Shown piece by piece: positions 27,815 through 36,177 of a stretch of 64,000 nt of DNA. The stretch's first letter is position 1; the number at the start of each line of letters is the position of its first letter. Under the pieces are notes generated by a model. It did not search any database, was not told the DNA's origin, and was given only the letters and a program-made list of their open reading frames with translations. The stretch is taken from assembly GCA_964615995.1 (NCBI GenBank), contig CAZTSR010000011.1, positions 11,228-75,227 of the forward strand, given 5' to 3'. Source of the stretch: an uncultured Bacteroidales bacterium (GTDB lineage: Bacteria; Bacteroidota; Bacteroidia; Bacteroidales; UBA10428). A program made the position numbers and the translations under genes.

Positions 27815-29026
27815 CTAAGCCTCAACAAGGTAACGGGCAAAATTGCGTCCGAATTCGACCATTTGGCGATGCTTTTCTTCATGATCGGGAGAAAACTTAC
27901 TGCTGAAGCCATCCATGACCACATTTAATTTCAATGCACGCAATTGATTTTCGATGAGCTTTACTGCTTCACCGCTCCATCCAAACGAGCCAAAGGCGGC
28001 TGCTTTTTTTCCTTTATCCCGCAAGGGATTGATCACGGCAAACATCCGGTAAACCGGGAACAAAGTATTCTGATTGATGGTAGGAGAACCCACGAGTATG
28101 GATTTGCTGCGCACAATCAACTCCTCCAGATCTCCCAGTAATATTTTCTCAATATCTACGAGATGAATCTGGTAATCAACCGTTTCACGGATGCCATCGG
28201 CAATAGCTTCAGCCATTTGGCGTGTGTAGCCATATGCAGAAACATAGGTAATTAATATGTTATTGTCTTTACATAATGAATCTGCTATGTATTGTTCTGC
28301 ATATTTCTCAGAAGTCTGAATTTTTTCTTTCCAGGTAGAACGCAATATCGGGCCATGGCCGGGACAAATTGCCTTTATGGATAAAGGTCTGATTTTCTCG
28401 ATTGCCTTTACCATAAAGTTGCTGAATGGCTTCAAAATGACATCGAAATAATATTTGAACGACGCATCATAATTTCCCACCAGATCATCAAACATGGCTT
28501 CACGGCAAAAATGGGCTCCAAAAGAATCGCAGGTAAAAAGCAATTGATCTTCATTCAGATATGCATAGATGGAATCAGGCCAATGCAAATTAGGTGCGGA
28601 AATAAAGGTGATTTTTTTGTTGCCCAGATCGAGTACATCGCCATCCTTGACAAATACAAACTGAAACGGTTTATTAACCATATCCTGAAGGTAATTGATT
28701 GCCTGACGGCTTCCGTATACCACAGCATTGGGAGAAAGATCCAGCAAATATTTCAGACTTCCTGAATGGTCCGGTTCAGTATGTGTGACAATGATATAAT
28801 CTATACGGGATGTATCGGCAACAGATTTCAGTTTGTTCAGAAAAACATCATGAAATTCATCCTTCACGGTGTCGACCACCACTTTCTTTTCGGCATTGAT
28901 AAAATAGGAATTGTAGGTTGTCCCTTCCTGAGTTTCCATAACTATGTCAAAAGTGACAATGTCTTTATCTAAAACACCAATCCAGCTTACATCGTCGGAA
29001 ACCTTCAGTACCTTATCGTCTGCCAT
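27815..29026 (-). CDS. A-type flavodiiron protein (FprA / rubredoxin:oxygen oxidoreductase family)
   Basis: 403-aa ORF with a metallo-beta-lactamase-like N-domain carrying the diiron ligand motif THTEPDHSGS, and a C-terminal flavodoxin-like domain (ILVGSPTINQN...FGSFGWSGEA). Confidence 0.85.
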   Translation of the reverse strand: MADDKVLKVSDDVSWIGVLDKDIVTFDIVMETQEGTTYNSYFINAEKKVVVDTVKDEFHDVFLNKLKSVADTSRIDYIIVTHTEPDHSGSLKYLLDLSPNAVVYGSRQAINYLQDMVNKPFQFVFVKDGDVLDLGNKKITFISAPNLHWPDSIYAYLNEDQLLFTCDSFGAHFCREAMFDDLVGNYDASFKYYFDVILKPFSNFMVKAIEKIRPLSIKAICPGHGPILRSTWKEKIQTSEKYAEQYIADSLCKDNNILITYVSAYGYTRQMAEAIADGIRETVDYQIHLVDIEKILLGDLEELIVRSKSILVGSPTINQNTLFPVYRMFAVINPLRDKGKKAAAFGSFGWSGEAVKLIENQLRALKLNVVMDGFSSKFSPDHEEKHRQMVEFGRNFARYLVEA

Positions 29027-29083
29027 ATTTTTAATATTTAATTTGCAAAATTAACATGTTTTCACGAATTCCCATAAAATAGA

Positions 29084-29111
29084 AAGCCCCGCATTTTGGA
29101 ACGCAGGGCTT
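29084..29111 (-). terminator. candidate terminator hairpin for the small Cys/His-rich gene
   Basis: An imperfect hairpin, AAGCCCcGC...GCaGGGCTT. On the minus strand it is followed by a T-rich tract (TTTCTATTTT). Confidence 0.4.
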
Positions 29112-29134
29112 AAAATTTGAAATAAAAACCCGAT

Positions 29135-29458
29135 TTACTTCTTTTCAGCTTTGCTGGCATCAGCAGTACTCTTATGATGCTTGCAGGTTTCAGATTTCTT
29201 ACAATCGGCTGAAGCTGTTTTGCCTTCTTCTTTGCAACATTTTTTTGCATCTCCGTTTGCATTTGCGGCATGTTTTTCACATGTTTTAGTGGTATCAGAG
29301 GCGGCTGCATGATTTTCACATGTTTTGGTGGTATCACAGGCGGCTGCATGATTTTCACATTTATGTTTTTTTGGATCGCCATCGGTAAAAGACATCACTG
29401 TAAGCGCCAATACTGCTACGACCATGAATGAAGCGAAAAATGCCAGAAACTTTTTCAT
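29135..29458 (-). CDS. small secreted Cys/His/Lys-rich repeat protein, function unknown
   Basis: The track ORF is 29135-29500. The Met at 29458 gives a signal peptide (MKKFLAFFASFMVVAVLALTVMS). The mature part has three K.CE(N/K)HAA units and then a CC/C.K-rich tail. Confidence 0.55.
   Translation of the reverse strand: MKKFLAFFASFMVVAVLALTVMSFTDGDPKKHKCENHAAACDTTKTCENHAAASDTTKTCEKHAANANGDAKKCCKEEGKTASADCKKSETCKHHKSTADASKAEKK
29268..29360. repeat. 39-nt tandem direct repeat, about 2.4 copies
   Basis: Copy 1 is 29268-29306, copy 2 is 29307-29345 (3 mismatches to copy 1), and a partial copy 3 is 29346-29360. The unit is GCATGATTTTCACATGTTTTGGTGGTATCACAGGCGGCT. It encodes the TKTCENHAAA(C/S)DT repeats on the minus strand. 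Confidence 0.85.
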
Positions 29459-29625
29459 AATAATTTTTGTTTTTGTTCTGTACGAAATTAAACATTTCAT
29501 ACACCAAATTTGTTAACAGGATGTTAAAGAATAGTATATCAGCATGAAACTGTTCTAACGCCGGATCGTAGCTTGCAAAAAGCACGGGATTATTTATCTT
29601 TACAAACACAGCCTTTGCCACCAAC

Positions 29626-29838
29626 ATGAGAATCCTTCGCAACATATTCCATTTCTATTACGATGGTTTTAAAAGTATGGATGTGGGCAAAAAATTATGG
29701 CTGATCATCCTGATAAAAATCTTCATTTTATACGCTATACTTAAAGTATTCTTCTTTCCTGATTTTCTGAATGAGCATTTTAAGAATGACCGGGAAAGAG
29801 GTGATTATGTCATTGAACAATTATCAAATGAACACTAA
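29626..29838 (+). CDS. DUF4492-family small membrane protein (cyd-associated)
   Basis: 70-aa ORF with one hydrophobic helix (KLWLIILIKIFILYAILKVFFF), ending 3 nt before cydA. This position and sequence pattern match the DUF4492 genes that precede cydAB in Bacteroidota. Confidence 0.65.
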   Translation: MRILRNIFHFYYDGFKSMDVGKKLWLIILIKIFILYAILKVFFFPDFLNEHFKNDRERGDYVIEQLSNEH

Positions 29839-29841
29839 CTT

Positions 29842-31389
29842 ATGTTCGAAAACTTTGATTTTTCACTGATCAACTGGTCACGCGGCCAATTTGCCCTGAC
29901 AGCAATGTATCACTGGTTATTTGTGCCATTAACGCTGGGCTTATCCTTTATTGTTGCGTTTATGGAAACCTTGTATGTCCGCACCGGTCAGGAACAATGG
30001 AAACGGATCACCAAATTCTGGATGACCCTTTTTGGGATCAATTTTGCAATTGGAGTGGCAACAGGTATCATTCTGGAATTCGAATTTGGTACTAACTGGT
30101 CCAATTATTCCTGGTTTGTCGGGGATATCTTTGGAGCTCCGCTTGCTATTGAAGGAATTCTGGCCTTTTTTCTGGAGTCTACCTTTATAGCCGTGATGTT
30201 TTTTGGATGGAACCGCGTTGGTAAAAGGTTTCACCTTGTTTCTACATGGCTTGTGGCATTTGGGTCGAATTTGTCAGCCCTTTGGATCCTGGTTGCCAAT
30301 GCATGGATGCAACATCCTGTAGGAATGCATTTTAACCCGGATACAGCGCGAAATGAGATGCTGAATTTCTGGGATGTATTGCTATCACCGGTTGCCATAA
30401 ATAAATTTTTGCATACCATAACTTCGGGATATGTGTTGGCATCTGTTTTTGTCGTAGGAATCAGTTCATGGTTTATTCTGAAGCAACGGGAATTAAATCT
30501 TGCAAAAAGAAGCATTCTGATTGCTGCTGTTTTTGGCCTTTTATCCTCCGTGTTCTTAATTGTTACCGGTGATGGATCTGCAAAACAGGTTGCCCGGGTA
30601 CAGCCCATGAAATTTGCTGCCCTGGAAGGATTATACGAAGGGAAGGAAGGAGCCCCTCTAGTGGCTGTTGGATTGCTTAAAAATGAATCTGAATCAGAGA
30701 AGGGAAAGCACGATTTCCGGTTCAAAATTGAAATACCGAACCTGCTTTCATTTATGGCATTTGGAGATATGCAGGCTTATGTTCCGGGTATTAAGGATTT
30801 GTTATCCGGAAATCCTGAAAAAGGAATTCTTTCAACGCAGGAAAAAATTGAAAGAGGCAAAATTGCGCGCCAGGCACTTGCCGGCTTGAAGAAAGCACGG
30901 GCAGACAGCGATACAGCGACCTATCAAACGCTTATAAGTCAGTTTAACAGCGCATCATTTAAGAATGATTATGTCCGGTATTTTGGATATGGCTTTTTTT
31001 CAGATCCCTCACAAACCATTCCCAATATTCCCATTTCATTCTACAGTTTCCATATCATGGTGGTGCTGGGCTTTTTCTTTGTTTTGCTATTTATTATAGT
31101 TCTGATAGAATTATACCTGCAGCGCATTCAAACAAACCGGTTTGTATTGCGGCTTGCGCTGTGGAGCATTCCGCTTACATACATTGCATCAGAATCCGGA
31201 TGGGTGCTGGCAGAGGTAGGGCGTCAGCCATGGGTAATACAGGACTTATTACCTACCATGGCTGCAGTGTCGCAGATTAACACCTCGTCCGTGCAGGTAA
31301 CATTTTTCCTGTTTGCTGCGCTCTTCACGGGACTGCTTATTGCAGAAGTCAGCATCATGATAAGACAAATAAAAAACGGTCCTAAATAG
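29842..31389 (+). CDS. cydA: cytochrome bd ubiquinol oxidase subunit I
   Basis: 515-aa ORF: LSRWQF-type N-terminus (NWSRGQFALTAMYHWLFVPLTLG), GWNRVGKRFH, a Q-loop, and the GWVLAEVGRQPWVIQ motif. Confidence 0.93.
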   Translation: MFENFDFSLINWSRGQFALTAMYHWLFVPLTLGLSFIVAFMETLYVRTGQEQWKRITKFWMTLFGINFAIGVATGIILEFEFGTNWSNYSWFVGDIFGAPLAIEGILAFFLESTFIAVMFFGWNRVGKRFHLVSTWLVAFGSNLSALWILVANAWMQHPVGMHFNPDTARNEMLNFWDVLLSPVAINKFLHTITSGYVLASVFVVGISSWFILKQRELNLAKRSILIAAVFGLLSSVFLIVTGDGSAKQVARVQPMKFAALEGLYEGKEGAPLVAVGLLKNESESEKGKHDFRFKIEIPNLLSFMAFGDMQAYVPGIKDLLSGNPEKGILSTQEKIERGKIARQALAGLKKARADSDTATYQTLISQFNSASFKNDYVRYFGYGFFSDPSQTIPNIPISFYSFHIMVVLGFFFVLLFIIVLIELYLQRIQTNRFVLRLALWSIPLTYIASESGWVLAEVGRQPWVIQDLLPTMAAVSQINTSSVQVTFFLFAALFTGLLIAEVSIMIRQIKNGPK

Positions 31390-31397
31390 CTATTCCC

Positions 31398-32555
31398 ATG
31401 TTTGAAACCATGTCATATTATGCCTTACAACAATACTGGTGGTGTATTGTATCATTACTCGGAGCGTTACTGGTTTTCCTTTTGTTTGTTCAGGGAGGGC
31501 AAACTTTATTGTATACGATTGGCAAAACTCCCGATGAAAGAACCCTGCTGGTTAATTCATTGGGCCGGAAATGGGAACTGACATTTACTACCCTGGTTAC
31601 CTTTGGGGGTGCCCTGTTTGCATCATTTCCTTTGTTTTATGCTACGAGCTTCAGCGGAGCCTATTGGGTGTGGATGTGCATTCTTTTTTGCTTCATCATT
31701 CAGGCCGTATCCTATGAATTTCGTTCAAAACCCTCCAATATTTTTGGTTCGCGCACTTATGAAATATTTATGCTGATCAATGGCGCAGCCGGGACTATCT
31801 TACTTGGAACAGCGGTTGGAACATTTTTCACCGGTTCTGCATTCGATGTAAATTTTAGCAATATAGCCCAGGAATCCAACGTGGTGATTTCACAATGGCA
31901 TAACCCGTTCCGTGGACTGGAAGCTGTTGCCGATTTCAGGAACGTGGCATTGGGCCTTGTTTTGTTTTTTCTGGCCCGGATATTAAGCCTTCTTTACTTT
32001 ATCAACAACATAGACGAACCCAACATTGTTGCCCGTTCGATACGCGGAATATTGCATAATGCCATACCGTTTCTCCTGGTACTGCTTCTTTTTCTGATAT
32101 CCTTGTTCTTAAGCAGTGGATTTGCAGTAAATCCGGAAACAGGCATGGTTACCACTGAAAAATTCAAGTATTTGCACAATTTATTGGAAATGCCCCTTGT
32201 AGCGCTATTGTTTTTTGCCGGAGCTGTTCTTATTCTGTTTGGGATCATCCGGACACTGATGGTAAAAACATTTACAGGAGGAATCTGGTATTCGGGAATG
32301 GGAACGGTACTTTTTGCTTTCAGTTTGTTGTTGATAGCCGGATTAAACAATACGTCCTACTATCCGTCGAATTATAATTTGCAAAGCTCCCTCACCATAG
32401 TAAACAGCTCCTCCAGCAAATATACACTTGTAGCAATGAGCTATGTTTCTTTATTTGTACCCATAGTATTCGGGTATATATTTTATTCATGGCGACAGAT
32501 GAACCGGGAAAAGATCAGCTCAAAGGAACTTCAAAATCATACACACATTTATTAG
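31398..32555 (+). CDS. cydB: cytochrome bd ubiquinol oxidase subunit II
   Basis: 385-aa polytopic ORF immediately after cydA, with a typical CydB N-terminus (LQQYWWCIVSLLGALLVFLLFVQGGQ). Confidence 0.9.
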   Translation: MFETMSYYALQQYWWCIVSLLGALLVFLLFVQGGQTLLYTIGKTPDERTLLVNSLGRKWELTFTTLVTFGGALFASFPLFYATSFSGAYWVWMCILFCFIIQAVSYEFRSKPSNIFGSRTYEIFMLINGAAGTILLGTAVGTFFTGSAFDVNFSNIAQESNVVISQWHNPFRGLEAVADFRNVALGLVLFFLARILSLLYFINNIDEPNIVARSIRGILHNAIPFLLVLLLFLISLFLSSGFAVNPETGMVTTEKFKYLHNLLEMPLVALLFFAGAVLILFGIIRTLMVKTFTGGIWYSGMGTVLFAFSLLLIAGLNNTSYYPSNYNLQSSLTIVNSSSSKYTLVAMSYVSLFVPIVFGYIFYSWRQMNREKISSKELQNHTHIY

Positions 32556-32561
32556 CATATT

Positions 32562-32696
32562 ATGCATACCTATTCCCTGATAATGCTTGCAAGCTGGCCC
32601 CTGATCATCATATCAGGCTGGTATCTTATCCGGTGGGCTCTGAAAAAATATGAGCAAAAAGAACAGAAGCGCGAATCACAACAACCTGACGCTTAG
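32562..32696 (+). CDS. candidate 44-aa single-TM small protein downstream of cydB (CydX/CydS-like by position only)
   Basis: Below the ORF-track length cutoff; found by hand. The ATG at 32562 is 6 nt after the cydB stop: MHTYSLIMLASWPLIIISGWYLIRWALKKYEQKEQKRESQQPDA. It has one hydrophobic helix and then a basic/polar tail. Confidence 0.35.
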   Translation: MHTYSLIMLASWPLIIISGWYLIRWALKKYEQKEQKRESQQPDA

Positions 32697-32697
32697 C

Positions 32698-33450
32698 CTA
32701 CTCCATCTTCACATAAAAGTTGTTGACGAGGGAAATCAGGATATACAACAGGATAACGGGAGCGAGTCCTGGCAATCCATAGCATATAATAATCACGACT
32801 GACAGGGCCAAAAACAGGTAACGGAGGAAATTTTTCCTGAAGTCATAAGTGGAAAATTTCAATGAAAACATTCCGATATTGGAAACCAATAGAAAGCAGG
32901 AAATCGCTGTGGCGATTAAAATAAATGCCTTTGAAAACAGGATTTCCGTGCCTGGTAATATATCCGATTCAGCAGCAAAGCCAATGGCTGCAAAAAATAT
33001 CGCATTTGCCGGAACAGGCAGTCCTCTGAAATTTTTGGTCTGCTTTGGATCGAGGTTAAATTTTGCAAGACGCAGTGCAGAGAAAACGGCTATCAGAAAA
33101 GTGCTGTAAAGAACGATCGACCTGAAAATGCCGGGATTCAAAAGATCGAAATTTGCCTCAGGGGAACTATTCACATAAGACAGCAGCATCAGCCGGTACA
33201 GGATCATGGAAGGAGCTACACCAAAACTCACCACATCAGACAATGAGTCGAGTTCCTTTCCAAATGCACTGACATTATTTACCAGCCGGGCTACAAATCC
33301 ATCGACAAAATCGAAGACCGCAGCGATAAGTATGAAATAGCCCGCTAATGTGAGATTACCGGATATCGTAGCAATAACAATTGAGATACAACCAGATACC
33401 AGTCCTAGAGAAGTAAAAAAGCTGGGTAATGACTTCCTGATGCTTTCCAT
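32698..33450 (-). CDS. pssA: CDP-diacylglycerol--serine O-phosphatidyltransferase
   Basis: 250-aa polytopic ORF with the CDP-alcohol phosphatidyltransferase motif DFVDGFVARLVNNVSAFGKELDSLSDVVSFG (D.2DG.2AR.8G.3D.3D). Confidence 0.8.
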   Translation of the reverse strand: MESIRKSLPSFFTSLGLVSGCISIVIATISGNLTLAGYFILIAAVFDFVDGFVARLVNNVSAFGKELDSLSDVVSFGVAPSMILYRLMLLSYVNSSPEANFDLLNPGIFRSIVLYSTFLIAVFSALRLAKFNLDPKQTKNFRGLPVPANAIFFAAIGFAAESDILPGTEILFSKAFILIATAISCFLLVSNIGMFSLKFSTYDFRKNFLRYLFLALSVVIIICYGLPGLAPVILLYILISLVNNFYVKME

Positions 33451-33517
33451 GTGAGAAAAATTAAATGATAGTTCTTGTAGCCTTTTACAAATGTACTTCG
33501 AAATTCATTAAATTATC

Positions 33518-33525
33518 TAATTTTG
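33518..33525 (+). promoter_or_regulatory. candidate TAnnTTTG -7 element
   Basis: TAATTTTG lies 38 nt upstream of the ATG at 33563. Confidence 0.3.
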
Positions 33526-33562
33526 TAAAATACATATCACTCAAAATAATTGTAAAGCCACT

Positions 33563-33988
33563 ATGAAAATCGCAGTTGATTTTGACGGAACAATTGTAGA
33601 GCATCGTTATCCACAAATTGGTGAAGATAAATTATTTGCATTTGAAACAATGAAACAACTGCAGAAGCTTGGTCATCACCTCATCCTATGGACATTCAGA
33701 CATGGAAAAGAGTTGACTGAAGCAGTCGAATATTGCAAAAAGAAAGGGATTGATTTTTATGCTGTGAATAAAAGTTACCCTGAAGAAGTTTTCGATACAG
33801 ACAGCGTCAGCCGCAAAATTGATGTGGACATTTTTATTGATGACCGAAATGTGGGTGGATTTCCCGGATGGAGTGAAATATGGCAGATTCTGAACCCGGA
33901 GTACGCAGATTCAGAGTTCAGTGAACTCAGCAATCTGGCAAAAGGCAATACCAAAGTGGGTAGCCGGTTGAAGAAGTTATTCCAGTAA
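33563..33988 (+). CDS. small HAD-superfamily-like protein
   Basis: 141-aa ORF with the N-terminal motif I IAVDFDGTIV (DxDxT) and a later FIDDRN acidic motif. The specific function is not recognisable. Confidence 0.5.
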   Translation: MKIAVDFDGTIVEHRYPQIGEDKLFAFETMKQLQKLGHHLILWTFRHGKELTEAVEYCKKKGIDFYAVNKSYPEEVFDTDSVSRKIDVDIFIDDRNVGGFPGWSEIWQILNPEYADSEFSELSNLAKGNTKVGSRLKKLFQ

Positions 33989-34007
33989 ATTTATCTGATT
34001 ATCTTTT

Positions 34008-35111
34008 ATGCATACGTTCAGGCAGGTTATAAGACTTTCTTTTCTCACCGGCATGATCGTTCTTTTGCTAAGTTGTTGCCGCAAAAACACGCCTCAACGG
34101 TTACAAAAAGAACCTGAAACGCCCTCTGTTGTGCGATTGGTCTCACCAAACGCAGGACAAGTTTACCATTGCGGCGATTCAGTCAAAATTTCCTATGTTT
34201 TGCAGAATCAATTGGTACAGATAGATTCACTCACATTATTTGAAGGCAGAAATTTTGCCGGATCCCGGAAAGACCATTCCGGAAGTATCACCTGGCATAC
34301 ACAGAATTGCCGGACCGGTCAGACCACCCTTCGTTTGACCTTTTATTTTAATGACAGCCTGACAGAATCCCATAATATCAATGTTGTGTTGCTTTCAGAT
34401 ATTGTGCCTGTAAATTATAAATACCGGGTCATTGCTAAATACCATCACGATAATCAGGCCTATACGCAGGGGTTGATTTATGACGAAGGGATTTTATATG
34501 AAAGCACAGGGCTGGAAGGCAAATCATCGGTTCGTATTGTAGACATCAAAACCGGAAATCCCCAAAAATATACTGCGCTTGCTCCCCAATATTTTGGTGA
34601 AGGCATTGCGCTGTTTAAAGATCAGATTTATCAGATTACCTATAAATCACAGGTGGGATTCATCTATGAAAAAAACACCCTGAATCAGATCCGTACCTTT
34701 GATTATCAGATTGCCGAAGGCTGGGGCCTGACATCAGACGGTAAACAACTGATTATGAGCGATGGCTCTTCACAGCTGTTCTTCATTGAACCGGAATATT
34801 TTACACAAGTCGATCGGATCCATGTTTTCGACAATAAAGGGATGATTGACGCTCTTAATGAACTTGAATATATCAATGGCAAAATTCTAGCCAATGTATA
34901 CGGACAGACCTATATTGTGGTGGTTGACCCGGCCACCGGAAAGGTTACCGGAAAAATAGAAATGGAATCCCTGATGCCCGAAGGATTAAAAAAAGATGAT
35001 TACAGCACCGTTTTAAATGGAATTGCCTACAATAAAAGCAACGGCCATTTATATGTCACAGGTAAAAACTGGCCCGTGCTTTATGAGCTGGAACTCATCC
35101 CTGCGCTCTAG
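34008..35111 (+). CDS. glutaminyl-peptide cyclotransferase (beta-propeller, plant/bacterial type) with an extra N-terminal domain; probable lipoprotein
   Basis: 367-aa ORF with a lipobox-like LLLSCC. The C-terminal ~240 aa carry AYTQGLIYDEGILYESTGLEGKSSV, FGEGIALFKDQIYQITYKSQVGFIY and EGWGLTSDGKQLIMSDGSS, which match the glutamine cyclotransferase propeller family. Confidence 0.75.
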   Translation: MHTFRQVIRLSFLTGMIVLLLSCCRKNTPQRLQKEPETPSVVRLVSPNAGQVYHCGDSVKISYVLQNQLVQIDSLTLFEGRNFAGSRKDHSGSITWHTQNCRTGQTTLRLTFYFNDSLTESHNINVVLLSDIVPVNYKYRVIAKYHHDNQAYTQGLIYDEGILYESTGLEGKSSVRIVDIKTGNPQKYTALAPQYFGEGIALFKDQIYQITYKSQVGFIYEKNTLNQIRTFDYQIAEGWGLTSDGKQLIMSDGSSQLFFIEPEYFTQVDRIHVFDNKGMIDALNELEYINGKILANVYGQTYIVVVDPATGKVTGKIEMESLMPEGLKKDDYSTVLNGIAYNKSNGHLYVTGKNWPVLYELELIPAL

Positions 35112-35319
35112 AATAAATCACATTCCCTTCTATCCTTATGCGTTATGAACCAGTTATGAAACAGAGTTATTAATATCTAAATAATTGTTTTACTGCAACA
35201 TAACCTACTTTATTAACAGTCAGCTCCATAAATAGTATTGTTAATAACTTGTTTGTAAATGCAAAATTATTGTTTACAAAAGGGTTGTAGAAATAAAAAT
35301 GGATGGACTTTTTAAATTG

Positions 35320-35327
35320 TATTTTTG
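35320..35327 (+). promoter_or_regulatory. candidate TAnnTTTG -7 element for parAB
   Basis: TATTTTTG lies 47 nt upstream of the parA ATG at 35374. Confidence 0.35.
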
Positions 35328-35373
35328 AACCCGTTGATTGTGCTTTTACACAGAAAATGCAAAGTTTTTTTAC

Positions 35374-36174
35374 ATGGGAAAAATTATAGCCATTGCGAAT
35401 CAGAAAGGTGGAGTTGGAAAAACCACCACTACCATTAACCTGGCAGCCAGCCTGGCGGTATTGGAAAAGAAAGTGCTTATGATTGATGCAGATCCGCAGG
35501 CAAATGCGACATCCGGATCAGGATTCGATCTGAAAAATATCAAAACAGGCATATATGAGTGTCTGATTGACGAAGTGAATCCAAACGATGTCATTCTGAA
35601 TACTGAAATTGAAGGGATGGATTTATTGCCTTCCAGTATTGATCTTGTTGGAGCCGAAATTGAAATGCTGAATATGCCCAACAGAGAAAGAATGCTGAAA
35701 TCGGTGATCGATAAAATTGAAAAGAAATACGATTATATTTTGCTCGATTGTTCTCCTTCACTGGGCCTGATTACAGTAAACTCATTAACAGCAGCAAATT
35801 CCATTATGATTCCCGTGCAGTGTGAATATTTTGCATTGGAAGGACTTGGTAAATTACTCAATACCATAAAAATAATTCAGAGCAGACTCAATCCCGATCT
35901 GGAAATCGAAGGTTTTGTGCTGACCATGTATGATTCCCGGTTGCGTTTGTCAAACCAGGTTGTTGAAGAAGTAAGGCGTCACTTTCAACAGATGGTATTT
36001 GATACCATTATTCAACGTAATATTAAAATCAGCGAAGCCCCCAGTTTTGGAAAGCCTGTAATTATGTATGATGCCGAATCAAAAGGGTCATTGAACTATC
36101 TGAACCTGGCCAGGGAAGTGCTGCAGAAAAACGGAGATACCAAGATCCCCGAAAGTAAAAAAATTATTGAGTAG
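35374..36174 (+). CDS. parA: chromosome partitioning ATPase ParA/Soj
   Basis: The track ORF starts at 35338. The Met at 35374 gives the canonical MGKIIAIANQKGGVGKTTTTINLA deviant Walker A N-terminus. Confidence 0.9.
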   Translation: MGKIIAIANQKGGVGKTTTTINLAASLAVLEKKVLMIDADPQANATSGSGFDLKNIKTGIYECLIDEVNPNDVILNTEIEGMDLLPSSIDLVGAEIEMLNMPNRERMLKSVIDKIEKKYDYILLDCSPSLGLITVNSLTAANSIMIPVQCEYFALEGLGKLLNTIKIIQSRLNPDLEIEGFVLTMYDSRLRLSNQVVEEVRRHFQQMVFDTIIQRNIKISEAPSFGKPVIMYDAESKGSLNYLNLAREVLQKNGDTKIPESKKIIE

Positions 36175-36177
36175 ACT

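Noticed and set aside
29110-29645. Alternative-frame minus-strand ORFs 29110-29382 (90 aa) and 29361-29645 (94 aa)
   Set aside because: They overlap the Cys/His-rich gene or its promoter in other frames. Only the 29135-29458 frame has a signal peptide followed by a coherent repeat structure.
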